64,000 bases of DNA from Mobula hypostoma. Taxonomy: Eukaryota. Below, in pieces: positions 1-12,348 of this stretch (its first letter is position 1; each line of letters opens with the position of its first letter). The stretch covers positions 27,840,001 through 27,904,000 of the forward strand of contig NC_086108.1 of the NCBI RefSeq assembly GCF_963921235.1, written 5' to 3'. A program made the position numbers and the translations under genes. Under the pieces are notes generated by a model that worked only from the letters and a program-made list of their open reading frames with translations, had not been told where the DNA came from and did no database searches.

Positions 1-1171
1 TCCAGTTCTGTGGAGTCTGTGGTCACTAAGGTGCACTCCACCAACTCACTCTTTCCTAAAGCAGGAGATGTTTGAAAGAGTGGCTACCTGGGAATGGGTA
101 CAATTCTTCTGCTACTTACACTGAGATTCTGCATTCTCCCACCACATGTATTGAGGTTCTTAATGCCATCCTGACTGGTGCCACTCAAGTGATCATTGAC
201 CAGGGATTCCCATGAGCAATGTAAGTCTGACTACATCAATGGAGAGTAAGGTGGAATTAATATTTCAGTTTGGTAATTCTAGGGAAGGGGCATAATACCG
301 TGATTTTGTTTCATTCTCCATAAGAACTGCCAGACAATTCTAATTTTTCATTTGCTATTACTTAAGCATTTTAATGCAAATTCCCAATCTGCCCAAAGTT
401 GTTCCAAGTCATAGAACATCCTCTTTTCCTGCTCTACAGACATTCACTGACAAGGTAGTGGAAGTAAATTGCAGAATAGCTTACAAAATGTTAATGTAGC
501 CCAAAGCCTTCCTGACGTGCAAATCTTCTTTCATTTCCACAAACCTAACTCATAGCTTGGTCCTGGACCTTGCAAGCAGTCTAAAGAAAACTATCTTCCC
601 ATGTACATGAATTACTTGGACACATTTTTCATGAATTCTATTTCCTTCCTACTGAAAAAGATCCATTTTCTTCACCTCTGGCTCAGGTATTTGTAACCAA
701 CCTTCAAATCCACACACAGTTCCCATTCCTGAAATTACCTCTTGTTTTCCCATTGTATATGTCTATAAATAGTAACATCTTAGTTGCGGGGGTATTCATA
801 CTTTGCCCCATGCTAGACAGTGCTCAGTTCTCACTCTCCTCCTTGATTTATAATGGCCTTCTGTTAATAAATGCCCTTAAAGGAAAAATTTCACTTGACT
901 TCAATAGTCTTTGGTCTCCCCAACTCCTGCAGCTTCATAATTCCACATCACAACCATCAGTTCAATTCTGCTGCATGGTGAAAACTCCCTTAAACCACAA
1001 TTTCGTTGGAAAGCATTAGATATATCATTCAGTTACACATTTTAGAGAAGTACATAACTGGAACTGAAATAAAGGTGGAATGTACTGAAGATAACTTTGC
1101 CGTTCAGGCAGCACCTGTGGAGAGAATACCCAAGGTGGTGCTTTTGGTCCTGTGTAGTAGCACCCTACCAC

Positions 1172-2364
1172 CCCTACCCCCCATACCAGACAGTGATGCA
1201 ACCAGTAAGAATGATCTCCATAGTACATCTATAGAAGATTTTAGTTGATAAGCCAAATCCCTTCAAACTCCAAAAGAAATATAGCCGCTGTCTTGTCTTC
1301 TTTGTAGCTGCATGGATATGCTGGAAACAGGCTAGGTCCTCAGAGATCTTGACACCCAGGAACTTAAAATTGCTCCCTCTCTCCAATTCAGTCCCTCTAT
1401 GAGGATTTCTTCATGTTCCCCTGTTTCCCCTTCCTGAAGTCCACAATTATCTCTTTTGTCTTACTGACAGTGAGTGCAAGATTGTTGCTGTGACGCCACT
1501 CAACTAGCTGGTATACCTTGCTCCTGTACGCCCTCTCATCACCATCTGAGCTCCTACCAACAATGATTGTATCATCAGCAAATCTATGGATGGTACTTGA
1601 GCTATACCTAGCCATACAGTCATAGGTGTAGAGGGAGTAGAGCAGTGGGCTAAGCACACACCCCTGAGGTGCACCTGTGTTGATCGTCAGTGAGGAGGAG
1701 ATATTTCCAATCCACACAGATTGTGGTCTTCTGGTTAGGAAGTCAAGGATCCAGTTGCAGAGGGAGATTATTGATCAGGACTGTGGGAATGATGGTGTTA
1801 AACAGCAAGCCATAGTCAATGATCAGCATCTTGACATAGATGTTTATATTGTTCAGGCGATCTCAGTCCGTGTGAACAGCCATTGAGATTGTTCCTGCTG
1901 TAGACCTATTGTGGTGATAGGCAAATTGCTGTGGGTCCAGGTTCTTGCTGAGGCAGGAGTCCATTCTAGCCAAAACCAACCTCTCAAAGCATTTCATCAC
2001 CATAGATGTGAGTGCTACTGGAAGATAGTCATTAAGGCAGCTCACACTGCTTTTCTTAGGGACTGGTATAATTGTTGCCTTGTTGAAGCAGGTGGGAACT
2101 TCTGACCATAGCAGTGAGATGTTGAAAAAGTCCTTGAGTACTGCAACTGTTGGTTGTCACAAGTTTTCAGAGCCTTACCAGGTACTCCATCAGAGCCTGC
2201 CACATTGCAAGGGTTCACCCTCCTTAAAGTCAGCCTGACAGGTACAGAGATCACAGAGTCACCAGGTGCTGCAGGGATCTTCACAGCTGTAGTTATATTT
2301 TTCCTGTCAAATCAGGCATAGAAGGCGTTGACCTCATCTGGTAAAGGACCATCACTGCCATTTA
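1172..2364 (-). mobile_element. Decayed Rex1/Babar-type LINE, RT-containing 3' part (host of nested insertions; continues at 6000-6287 and 7090-7140)
   Basis: Minus-strand ORF fragments carry RT motifs: [56 protein letters not shown]. Colinear with the copy at 22727-25680. Confidence 0.9.
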
Positions 2365-5300
2365 TGCCCTTCGTCAAATCAAGATGGCGCCAGTATCTGG
2401 TGACTCTGCGTGTGCTCTCCCAAGCAAACTGCTCTCTACACTATCCTATACCCGAGAAACCCTCCTAAACCTCCAATCTGCTACATCTAACAAGATCAAC
2501 ACCACCCTGGCGAAGCTACTGACCCAGCTGGAGATCACCGCGCCAGAATTGTTTCTTCAACTCCGGACCGCACTTGGACCCGACCAGCGAGGCCTGGCCC
2601 GAGGCCCACCACATTCCCAGAGACCCACGGCGCGCTACGAGCGCTTGGAGACGCGGCCTATTCCAACCAGCACCTCTCCGGAGGAGACAAACAAAAAGAA
2701 GAGACATCGGAGACCTCAAGGTGCCCCAGACGCTTCCCCGGCGCAACCACCGTAAAGCCCCTTTGGTGGACATTCACAGCTGCCAGAAGTGAGGCCTCCA
2801 CCACCGACCTCAGAAATCGAGCCCGAGGCTCGGCTGGAGCAGAGGCCTCTACAACCCTGACTCGGCTTAAGGACTTGTTTCAGCCAGAAGCCTGGCCTTG
2901 CAGGATTAAGTGTTGGCTTTGGGGCCAGACCCAATCGACAGTCTGGGCCCCCGGCAGCTGGAAGTGGTAGCGGAGCCTCACCCGTCACTCGGCCCGACCC
3001 AGAGCGCCCAACGACGCGACCCACCGATCGATCTCCACGGGACGCGTCCACACTGCATCGATGGAAACCTGCAAAGATGCACTATTTACCAAGGAAGTGT
3101 GGGAAAAGAGCTGGGCTGCTGGTCAGATTGAAGCTGAGGGGCTTCAGGGTCCCTATGCCCACCATCCTACTAGCTTATGTGCAAGCTATAAAGAACCAGG
3201 TGGATGATCTTAAAGGGAGACTCACCTACTGCAGGGAGATGCAGAACTGCTGTGTATTCTGTTTCACCGAGACCTGGCTCTCCCCTGCCACCCCCCGACT
3301 GTGCCATCCGACCGGAGGGATTTTTGATCCATCGGATGGACCGCACGGCGTCTTCGGGCAAGACGAGGGGCGGTGGTGTCTGCCTACTGATCAACACTGC
3401 CTGGTGCTTGGACACAGTGGCACTGACAAGATCCTGCAGCCCGGACCTAGAACACCTGTCAGTGAAGTGTCGTCCCTACTATCTGCCACGGGAATTCACC
3501 TCGGTCATACTGACAGCGGTCTACATTTCCCCCTGGTGGACATGGAGTGTGCTTTGAACATACTGTATGCCAACATCAGTGAACTTGAGACCAGGTATCC
3601 GAAGGCTTTGCTCATTACAGCCGGGGACTTTAACCAGGACAACCTCAGAAAGGCACTGCCCAAGTTATACCAACATGTCTCCTGCCCCACTAGAGGCCCG
3701 AGTATACTTGACCACTGCTACACAGCAGTTAAGGATGCCTACTGTTCGGTCCAACGACCTCACTTCGGAAAATCGGACCATCAGGCCGTACTCCTCCTCC
3801 TGTCTTGCAAACAGAAACTAAAGCAGGAGGTCACGGTGTCAAAAGTCATATCGCGTTGGACGGAGGAAACAGATGAGGTCCTCCGTGACTACTCTGAATC
3901 GGTGGACTGGTTAGTATTCAAGGACTCGTCAGCTAACCTCGATGAGTATGCCTCAGCTGTCACAGACTTTATTTGGAAATGCACGGAGGACTGTGTGTCT
4001 CGCAAGATGGTCTGGGTGTATCCCTAACTGGAAACCTTAGATGAAATATGAGGTCAAGTCCTTTTAAAGGCTAGAGTTGCGGCTTTTAGGTCCGGGGATA
4101 CCAGTCGCTACATGGAATCCAGGCGTGAACTCCGGAAAGCCATTAAGGGCACCAAGAGGCAATATCGAGCCAAGTTGGAAGCCCAGGCTAACCAGAGGGA
4201 TGCCAGTAGACTATAGCAGGGTCTAAATGAGATCACTGGGCGCAAAGAAAAGGCTGGGAATATCAATAATTGTAGCGCTTCTCTTCCTGACGAACATAGG
4301 GTATTCTACGCAAGATTCGAACAGAAGAGGAGCGTCCCGCTCCCTCCGGATGAACCGGACCTGGTGGCATCGAGATTCATCATCACCGAGGAGGACGTTA
4401 GAAGGGCCTTCCTGAAGATAAATCCAAGGAAGGCAATGGGCCCAGAAGGCGTCCCGGGACGGATTCTCCAGGCCTGTGCAAGCGAGCTAGCTGGAGAGTT
4501 TGCTGTCATCCTCAACTGCTCCTTGCTTCAGTCTGAGATCCCCTTGTGATTTAAGAAGGCAACGATAATCCCAGTGCCGAAGAAGAGCAAGGTGGCATGC
4601 CTGAATGACTATCGATCTGTGGCTCTGACATCAATTGCTATGAAGTGCTCCAAGCGATTGGTTTTGGCACACATCAACCACAGCCTACCGGTCAACCTCG
4701 ACGCTTTGCAATTCACCTACCAGAGCAACAGGTCAATGGCAGATGCCATCTCTCTGGCCCTACATTCCTCTTTAGAACACCTGGAGAATAAAGACGCATA
4801 TGTAAGGCTCCTTTTCATTGACTACAGCTCTGCCTTTAATACCATCATTCCAAATAAACTGATTCCTAAGCTCCGGAACCTGGGCCTTAGCACTCAGATC
4901 TACAGTTGGATCTTCAACTTCCTCACAGACAGGACCCAGGCTGTAAAAATAGGGGACAAGGTCTCCTCCACAATCACTCTGAACACCGGTGCCCCACAAG
5001 GCTGTGTACTGAGCCCCCTGCTGTACTCACTGTACACCCATGATTGTGTAGCCAAATTTCTATAGAACTCAATATATAAGTTTGCTGATGACACGACAAT
5101 TGTAGGCCGTATCTCGAGAAATGATGAGTTTGAGTACAGAGAGGAAATTAAGAACCTGATGGCATGGTGTGAAGGCAATAACCTATCCCTCAACATCAGC
5201 AAGACGAAGGAATTGGTTGTTGACTTCAGAAGGAGTAGTGGACCACACGACCCTATTTACATCGGTGGTGTGCAGGTGGAACAGGTCAAAAGCTTTTAGT

Positions 5301-5999
5301 TCCTCTGGGTCAATATCACAAATGACCTGACTTGGTCCATCCAAACAGAGTTCACTGCCAAGAAGGCCTACCAGCGCCTTTACTTCCTGAGAAAGCTAAA
5401 GAAATCTGGCCTGTCCCCTAAAACCCTCACTAATTTTTATAGATGCACCGTAGAAAGCATTCTTCTAGGGTGCATCACAACCTGGTATGAAAGTTGCCCT
5501 GTCCAAGACTGGGAGAAGCTGCAAAAGATCGTGAACACAGCCCAGCACATCACACAAACCAGTCTTCCGTCCCTGGACTCACTTTACACCGCACGCTATC
5601 GGAGCAGTGCTGCCAGGATAATCAAGGACTCGACCCACCCGGCCAACACACTTTTCGTCCCTCTTCCCTCCAGGAGAAGGCCCAGGAGCTTGAAGACTTG
5701 TACGGCCAGATTTGGGAACTGCTTCTTTCCAACTGTGATAAGACTGCTGAACAGATCCTGACTTCAGATCGGGGCCGTTCCCTCCAAATATCCAGACCTG
5801 CCTCTCAGTTTTTATTTTGCACTATCTTACTTTTCCTTTTTTAGTTTCTATTTATGATTTATAATTTAAATTTTTAATATTTACTATTGATTTGTACTCC
5901 AGGGAGCACGAAGCGCAGAATCAAATATCGCTGTGATGATTGTACGCTCTGGTATCAATTGTTTGGCGACAATGAAGTATAAAGTATTTAAAGTATTTA
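2365..5999 (+). mobile_element. Near full-length Rex1/Babar LINE (APE endonuclease + RT), inactivated
   Basis: Starts near CAAGATGGCGCC (2380-2391). APE motifs (FCFTETWL, GDFN, LDHCY, SDH), RT motifs ([21 protein letters not shown] near 5081), 3' UTR ending in (AAAGTATTT)n. ATTTA is duplicated at 2360-2364 and 5995-5999, and the host LINE resumes in register. Confidence 0.92.
2384..5761 (+). pseudogene. Single APE-RT polyprotein ORF of the Rex1/Babar element, with Pro/Arg-rich N-terminal extension; broken by stops and frameshifts
   Basis: ORFs 2384-2755 and 3077-4027 are in the same frame, separated only by TAA (2753) and TGA (2858). Downstream fragments 3204-3557, 4364-4549, 4574-5065 and 5531-5761 give the rest of APE, RT and the C-terminus. 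Confidence 0.85.
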
Positions 6000-6287
6000 C
6001 TGTATTGGATTTTGCTTTGTAAGAGGTAATGCCTTGTAAACCCTGCCAGAATTGACGTGCATCCAATGTCACCCCCAACTTTGCTCAGAATTGCTTCTTT
6101 GCTCTTGAAATAGCCCTCTGTAAGTCATACCTGGTTTTCTTGCACAGACCTGTGTCACAAGACTTAAATACAACAGATCTAGCCCTCAGCAGATAATGTA
6201 CCTCCTGTTTCATCCATGGCTTTTGGTTTGGGAATGTACAGCAAGCTTTTGTAGGCACATACTCATTCACACAGGTTTTAATGAAGT
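6000..6287 (-). mobile_element. Continuation of the host Rex1/Babar LINE (linker between APE and RT)
   Basis: FPNQKPWMKQEV...RYDLQRAISRAK and WQGLQGITSYK; aligns with 24360-24810. Confidence 0.85.
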
Positions 6288-7089
6288 TTCAAAGGTTTCG
6301 AAGGTATGTTTAATGTTAGAGAAATGTATACAATATTTTCTTTTTCTTCGCAACCATCCACAAAAACAGAGGAGTGCCCCAAAGAATGAATGACAGTTAA
6401 ATATTAGAAACCCGAAGTCCCCCCCCAGCTCCCGCCTCCCACGCATAAGCTGCAGCAAAGCAACGAACCCCTTCACCCACCAGCAAAACAAAATCGGCAC
6501 CCCCACGAGCACTCAAGCATGAAGTAAAGCATCAATAAGGACACAGACCTGCAGTACCCCAAATACTATTTGTTCACCTGGTATTTGACATACCACAGAC
6601 TTGCTCTCTCCCTAATAAAGGAAGGAGAGGTGTCCCAGTTTCATCGCGAGAGGGGGAGACATAACAAGCAACTCGCTGGTTTACTATGTTAAAAGTCTGT
6701 TGCGTCACTTTTTCCGAGTTCTGTGCTCAGGTCTCTGAGCACACAGCCAGCAGCCAGCTTGCTGCTTTCGATCTTCTGTGTACTCCCACAACACACCAGG
6801 CAGGGGCACTGACTTTGGGTCCGCCCACCTCCAGAGCCACGAAATCCCAAAACTCAGAAGGCAAGCTAATCTTCTAGGCCACGTCCTTGGCATATCGAAC
6901 AACAGCCAATCGTGAGACCCGAGAGCGGGTCCCATTCCCGCAAAGAACCAAAGTCAGTGTGTAATTCCAGATCAGGGTCTTCAAAAGAACCCTGAAAGGG
7001 AAAAATAGAGATATTAAAGATAGAAGTAGAACCGTTTCCGAAGATGCAAGGAAAGGAGTCGCCGTTGGGTGCCATCATCTCCTAAGCTC
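6288..7089 (-). mobile_element. Non-coding ~800-bp retroposon with Rex1-like head and tail
   Basis: Interrupts the host LINE, which resumes at about 7090. Minus strand begins ...GATGATGGCACCCAACGGCGACTC and ends ATTAAA-CATACCTTCGAAACCTTTGAA. Confidence 0.65.
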
Positions 7090-7784
7090 CAGCCACAACT
7101 GTGGCATACTCATTCAGATTCAAAGATGAATCCCAGAATAGAGAGACACTGGAATTAAAGTCTGAACTCCAGAATGCCCCAATCTGTAATAGCATTACAC
7201 TAACCAGCTACGCTGCTGTAGCACTGACAAGCACATCATGACTCCATTTTCGTTCACTGCAATTTACTGCTCTGAAAGATGGCAGATCTAGAAGGAAAAT
7301 CAGATTTTACACAATTTATTGCAGTGTCCAGTATCACTTTACATCATATTTCTTATTCAAGAGGAATCTCAGTTGATGTACTTCATATTTCAGACAACAA
7401 AACAGCCTCTGACACTAGCATTGTCAGCTCAACTGTCAGTTAGGTGGTTTAGAACTTCCTAGACTTAACAAAGAATTTCAGAAGCACTACTTCCATTTCT
7501 GAGGCAGCAACTGTTGCTAACAATTTTAAATCCTCACCGTTAGGTGGATCTGATGTTCCCGAGCATTCTCATTATCATTGACTCTTGCCTGGCACCATTG
7601 GCTAATTTCTCATTTGACTCTTATCACATTTCCCTTTCTTCTTTGCTTCTTTCCCCTTTACCTTTCCTCAGAAAGCAGTTCCATTTTTGGCCTTTATCAA
7701 TTCCAAGAAGAGGGCTTTGATTTTACCATTGGTTCTTTCGATTCATCAGTCTTCTGTTTTGTTAGGTGGATATTGGAACACATA

Positions 7785-8295
7785 CAGTACTGTGTAAGAG
7801 TCTGAGGCACATATAAATATCTAGGGTTCCTAAGATTTATGCATAATATTGCAGTAATTTTATGTACTGCACTGTATTGCTGCCACAAAAAAAGCAAATT
7901 TCATGATTCTGATATGCGTCTCCGTTATGGACTGAGAATGGGAATGGTCAGAGAGAGAACCATAGTTGGGAATAGGGGAAGGGAGAGGGGAGGGAGTGGG
8001 AAGCATCAGAGGGACTTTCTGTAATGATCAATAAGCCAATTGTTTTGAATCAAATGACCTTGCCTGGTGTCGCAGGACTGGGTGAGTCTGCACTCCTTCC
8101 ACCCCCCACCCTGGCACTCCTCTGCACCTGTCCCACACCCCATTCCTCAGCGCTCCATCCTCACCATTCCCAACATCTCTGCTCCTGCCAGATTTACAAA
8201 CTCACTCTCCGCTCCACATTGACATACAGTACTGTGCAGAAGTCTTAGGTACCCTGTCTGTACATTTATGTGCCTAAAACAACTGCATAATACTG
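7785..8295. mobile_element. Tc1/mariner-type composite MITE (copy 1)
   Basis: TA|CAGTACTGTG...TACTG|TA ends with hairpin termini. Homologous to 25821-26337 and 39155-39649. Confidence 0.8.
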
Positions 8296-10194
8296 TAGCT
8301 GTATATTCCTGTCAGAATGTGACTCCTCCAGAATGGAAACTACAATGTAATGGAAAATTGGCCACTGCTAAAGTCTGTAGTAAGTCAATGAAGTAACAGG
8401 CTGTGGAGCAAGTGGGAGCTTTTACCATCAAGTGAAGAGTACAGTAACATCATTTCCAAATGATAACACTTCTGAGAGCATGATGCTCCCCCAAAAGTCT
8501 TCCAGAAAGTCTAGCCCAGAATGGGAACTGACACAATCTTGAAGCTGACACAGGGATTTCTCATTTTTGACTTCACTTGATAACAAAATGTAAAAAATGT
8601 AGAACTATTGGATTTGCTAACCAAAGATGACAAGGAAATAATGTTTAAAATTCAGTTTGTGTTCTAATATATACTCAAAGCAGGGTAACCTCATAGAAGA
8701 ACCTTACATTGCTCTTCGAAAATATTCCAAAGCACCCAAATGAGATAAAAGATTTGGAAATTTGCTTACTACCACGTTGGATATCGGATAAAGAGCAGAA
8801 ATTTGGGATTCTTATATTCATATGCAATAGCATTCTTTTAGTTAAATAGCAGTAAGCACTATTTTGTGATAACAACATATTCAATTTGGTGTCAGCTCTG
8901 ACAAAACTGATAAGGTGCTTGTGTTGGTCAATGCAGAATTTCTTCCTTCATTTTGATTTGTGATTGTGCACAAAATAGGAAAAAAAACAGTGGAGTAACT
9001 GGCAGTCATTGCCCAATGCAATCCTGCAGAATAGAAAGACCCATGATCATCAGTTAGACACATTTTATTCCTTTACCACTGATCCAATTGCCAATTCAAT
9101 GGAAGAATGCGTAGTGATAAGGAATAATGCTGCACCATGGCAACAAGGAGATGTGTGAAAGGCATGAAAAAGGAGGCACTTAGGCTCTAAGTAATGTGAC
9201 TAACAATCAGTGACAATTTTTTTTATATCAATGTTCCGCAGAATCTAGAAGTCCACCTTCTATCCGGCTAAACTGTTCAAGTTGGTGAACATGGGTAAAT
9301 CTTTTTATTTCATTAAAGTTATTCAGATGTACATGAATAGCTGAGTGTTCACCATTCTGCTGTTCTATAGGAAGCAAAAAAAAACATACTGCCTCTTAGA
9401 GATTACTTCATTCAGCTTGCACAATGCTTCTCCTGTCCAAGTCTTTTGCCATTATCAGAGAAAACTCCAATGGGCATCCATTATGTTCATCCTCTACGAC
9501 AGGTTTGACATTCTCAATTAGGTCCTAATAGTACAAGGTACAATCCGTCTCCTGCCCAAAAGTCTCAGGATTATTGATCAACTCCAAAGAAGCAGACATA
9601 TTGCACACGTATATTACTATCTACAGAGCAACTGTGCATTCATGTAGTCAGGCCTGTCAGGTTTTATTTATCATTTAATACCCAGGCACAGTTTCATTGT
9701 GTGTAGGAGAGACTTGAATATAAGATCAAATTAGAATTTTCTTTCTTATCACTTCCCTTAAATTAATAGGGCAATTCTCAAGTAATAATTAAAAGAATAA
9801 TGAACTGTTAAAATAACTCAACTGCTTTGCTTCCTCATGCCTGTGTCCCATAATTTGATGATGTATGGATCAACAGATTATGCAGAAAAGGTGAAAATGA
9901 GGCTGGTGATTTACCATGAAATGTCTAATTAACTTCATAAAGAAAGTCTGGTTCTGAGACCAGAGATGGTGCAGTTAAATTGATGGCTCAAAAACCCTGT
10001 AAAATTATGCCATACCATTAATAATTCCTCAAACACTAAACTTTTGTTTACAACAAATCCAACTATGTGTACTTGTCTTCAGTTATCATAATTGACAATG
10101 TTAAATATCAGAGTAGATTCGTAATAGTAACCGAGTCTCTTGGCCCATTGTGGCTTCAAAATTTCTTTGTTCCAGAAACAAATGATTCTACCAA

Positions 10195-11303
10195 AGGAGG
10201 TGTAAGGTGCTCCTTCCCTCCGTTAGCCTTGCACAAGGTGTAGCACCTGCTTATTCCCCCACTACCCCCCCACCCCCGATCAGAGCCACGTAAAGCCATG
10301 GGATCAGCTGGTGGATGGTCAGATGAGCAGTTGATGCATATCACAAGTCCTGCTGACGCCAAGCAGAAAATCTCTGAGGAGAATTCAAAGATCAAAGTTC
10401 AAAGAGTTCAAAGTACATTTATTATTGAAGTATGTATACATGATACAACCTTGAGATTCGTCTCCTCACGGGCAGTAATAAAACAAGAAACCCAAAAACA
10501 ACCCATAAACGACCCAACAAATGGCCAACATGCAGAGAGAGAGAAAAAAACAAACCGTGTAAGCAATAAAAACGCGAGTCCAGAGAACAGAAGCCCCGGG
10601 ATGCTGGAGCAGGTTCGCAGCCTCGGCCTCAATGCAGTGGATAGCCGAACAAATGGTGCAGAGTAACAACCAGAACGGGGCCAACTCTCGCCTCCAGTCC
10701 TGACACACCCCCTTTTCAATCCATCTGGCCTGGTGTTTAAATCGTCCAAACATCAGCTCGTTCCTCGCTCTGAGACCCAGGCCCTGGGTCATCAATACAT
10801 TCTGGGCCTGGACACCGGTGCCACGTTCCGGCCTGTACTTGACCTTTCCAAATCGGCCTGGCACTTAGATCAAACAAACCTCACTCTCAGTTGTGGTGGA
10901 CAGGTTCCGAAACTCCTCCGCTCCAACTTTTCTCTGCTTTGCACGTCACGACTCTATTTCAAACGTGCCTTGACCTCGTTCTCACCCAAACGCCTCGACA
11001 TTCAAGTCAGCCTTACCTTCGCTCGCCTCTTTATTGTTTGCAGTGACTGTTTTCCATGATTTTTTTTTACAGAAAATGTGTTATTCATTAAATCTTTAGT
11101 TGTGTTTGTTGCTTTGAGAACTGCCAGTAAGTTGTCTCCTATCTTCAGCAGCACCATCTTAAATCGATAATGGCTGGGGTCACCCGTCTTGTGTAAAGAC
11201 ACTGCCCAGAAGGCAATAGCAAATCACTTTTGTAGAAAAATTTGCCAAGAAGAATCATGATCACCCATTCATATGAAATGACACCTAATGAATGAATGAA
11301 TGA
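10195..11303 (+). mobile_element. RTE-related short non-autonomous element, interrupted by 10385-11161
   Basis: AGAAGGCAATAGCAAATCACTT...TTTGCCAAGAAGAATCATG resembles the RTE/Bov-A-type 5' segment; ends in an (AATG)n tail. Confidence 0.5.
10385..11161 (-). mobile_element. Non-coding ~780-bp retroposon with Rex1-like head and tail
   Basis: Minus strand starts AAGATGGTGC and ends AATAAA-TGTA-(CTTTGAA)n-like repeats. GC-rich body without a recognisable ORF. Confidence 0.65.
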
Positions 11304-11334
11304 CTCTAACCAAGGCTCTATAGCTCCAGAGTTT

Positions 11335-11620
11335 GGGATATGGTGGCTGAGCTGTTTAATTACTGGACATGAATCCTACTGTCTAGACTTTTGATATGGA
11401 AACATTAGTTTGAATTGCTTAGTAGCAGATGTGAAATTCCAATAATTAAATGGTCTCAGCGATGGTCACCAAAAAGCCAAAAGGTTGTTGCAAAACCCCA
11501 GCTGGGTCACTAATATGCTTTAGAGAAAGAAATCTGCTGTTATGGCTTGGTTTGAACTATATTTAACTCTGCACACCAAGGAAAGTGGTTGAACAGCTGT
11601 GGATCCTTAGTTGTAGTTGT
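11335..11620 (+). mobile_element. Old, degenerate tRNA-derived SINE
   Basis: Decayed tRNA-like head followed by AAAACCCCAGCTGGGTCACTAAT...TTTAGAGAAAGAAATCTGCTG, resembling a common elasmobranch SINE body (recognised from memory, not searched). Confidence 0.45.
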
Positions 11621-12069
11621 AACAAAGGAAATGTCCTCCAAGCATTAATTGGTTAAAGATTAGAAATGTGTTTTTCGGTTGAATGATAGTTTGCTATTTG
11701 TAGGACTTCATGCATAACTCCCCTGTTATGGTGCCTAAAATTGTATGCAATTATCACATTATAGCCTAACTGAATTACCATAAATGTATCATTCTTTTCC
11801 AGTTTATGCATCTGTTTATAAAACCACAAATTCTGATGGTCAGCTTATGGATTCCTATTGATAGATTAAAATAACTGTGTATTTGAACTCATAGGGCTTG
11901 TAGTGTATTGGCTCTTCCCTCTAAATCGATACTCCATCCTCATTTACTGCACAACACTTGTTACCCTCTACCCCAAAACATTTGAATAGGTTGTTTCAGT
12001 TAGTTGGCCATTGTTTCACCTGGCTGGCCATTCCACTCCCAAAGGAATCCAGCAGGACTTCTCATTGTT

Positions 12070-12348
12070 TGGGGCAGCACGTTAGCGTAGTGGTTAACAC
12101 AACACTTTACAGGTTCAACTCCCTCCGCTGGCTGTAAGTAGTTTGTATGTTCTTAGCGTGACCATGTGGGTTTCTTCTGGATGTTCCAGTTTCCTCCCAC
12201 AATCTAAAGACTGACCAGTTGGTAGGTTAATTGGCCATTGTAAATTGTCCTGTGATTAGGCTAGGGTTAACTTGGGTGTTGCTGGGTGGTGGGGCTCAAA
12301 GGTCCAGAAAGGCCTGTTCTGCACTGCGTCTCAATAAATAATTAAATA
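12070..12348 (+). mobile_element. tRNA-derived V-SINE (HE1-like)
   Basis: A box TAGCGTAGTGG and B box GGTTCAACTCC; V-domain-like GTTTGTATGTTCT...TGGGTTTCTTCTGG...TTTCCTCCCAC; CR1-like 3' end and (TAAA)n tail. Confidence 0.8.

Noticed and set aside
12070..12130. tRNA-like sequence (also 18478, 29557, 46430-46494, 7150-7225)
   Set aside because: These are SINE heads with degenerate cloverleafs, not tRNA genes.
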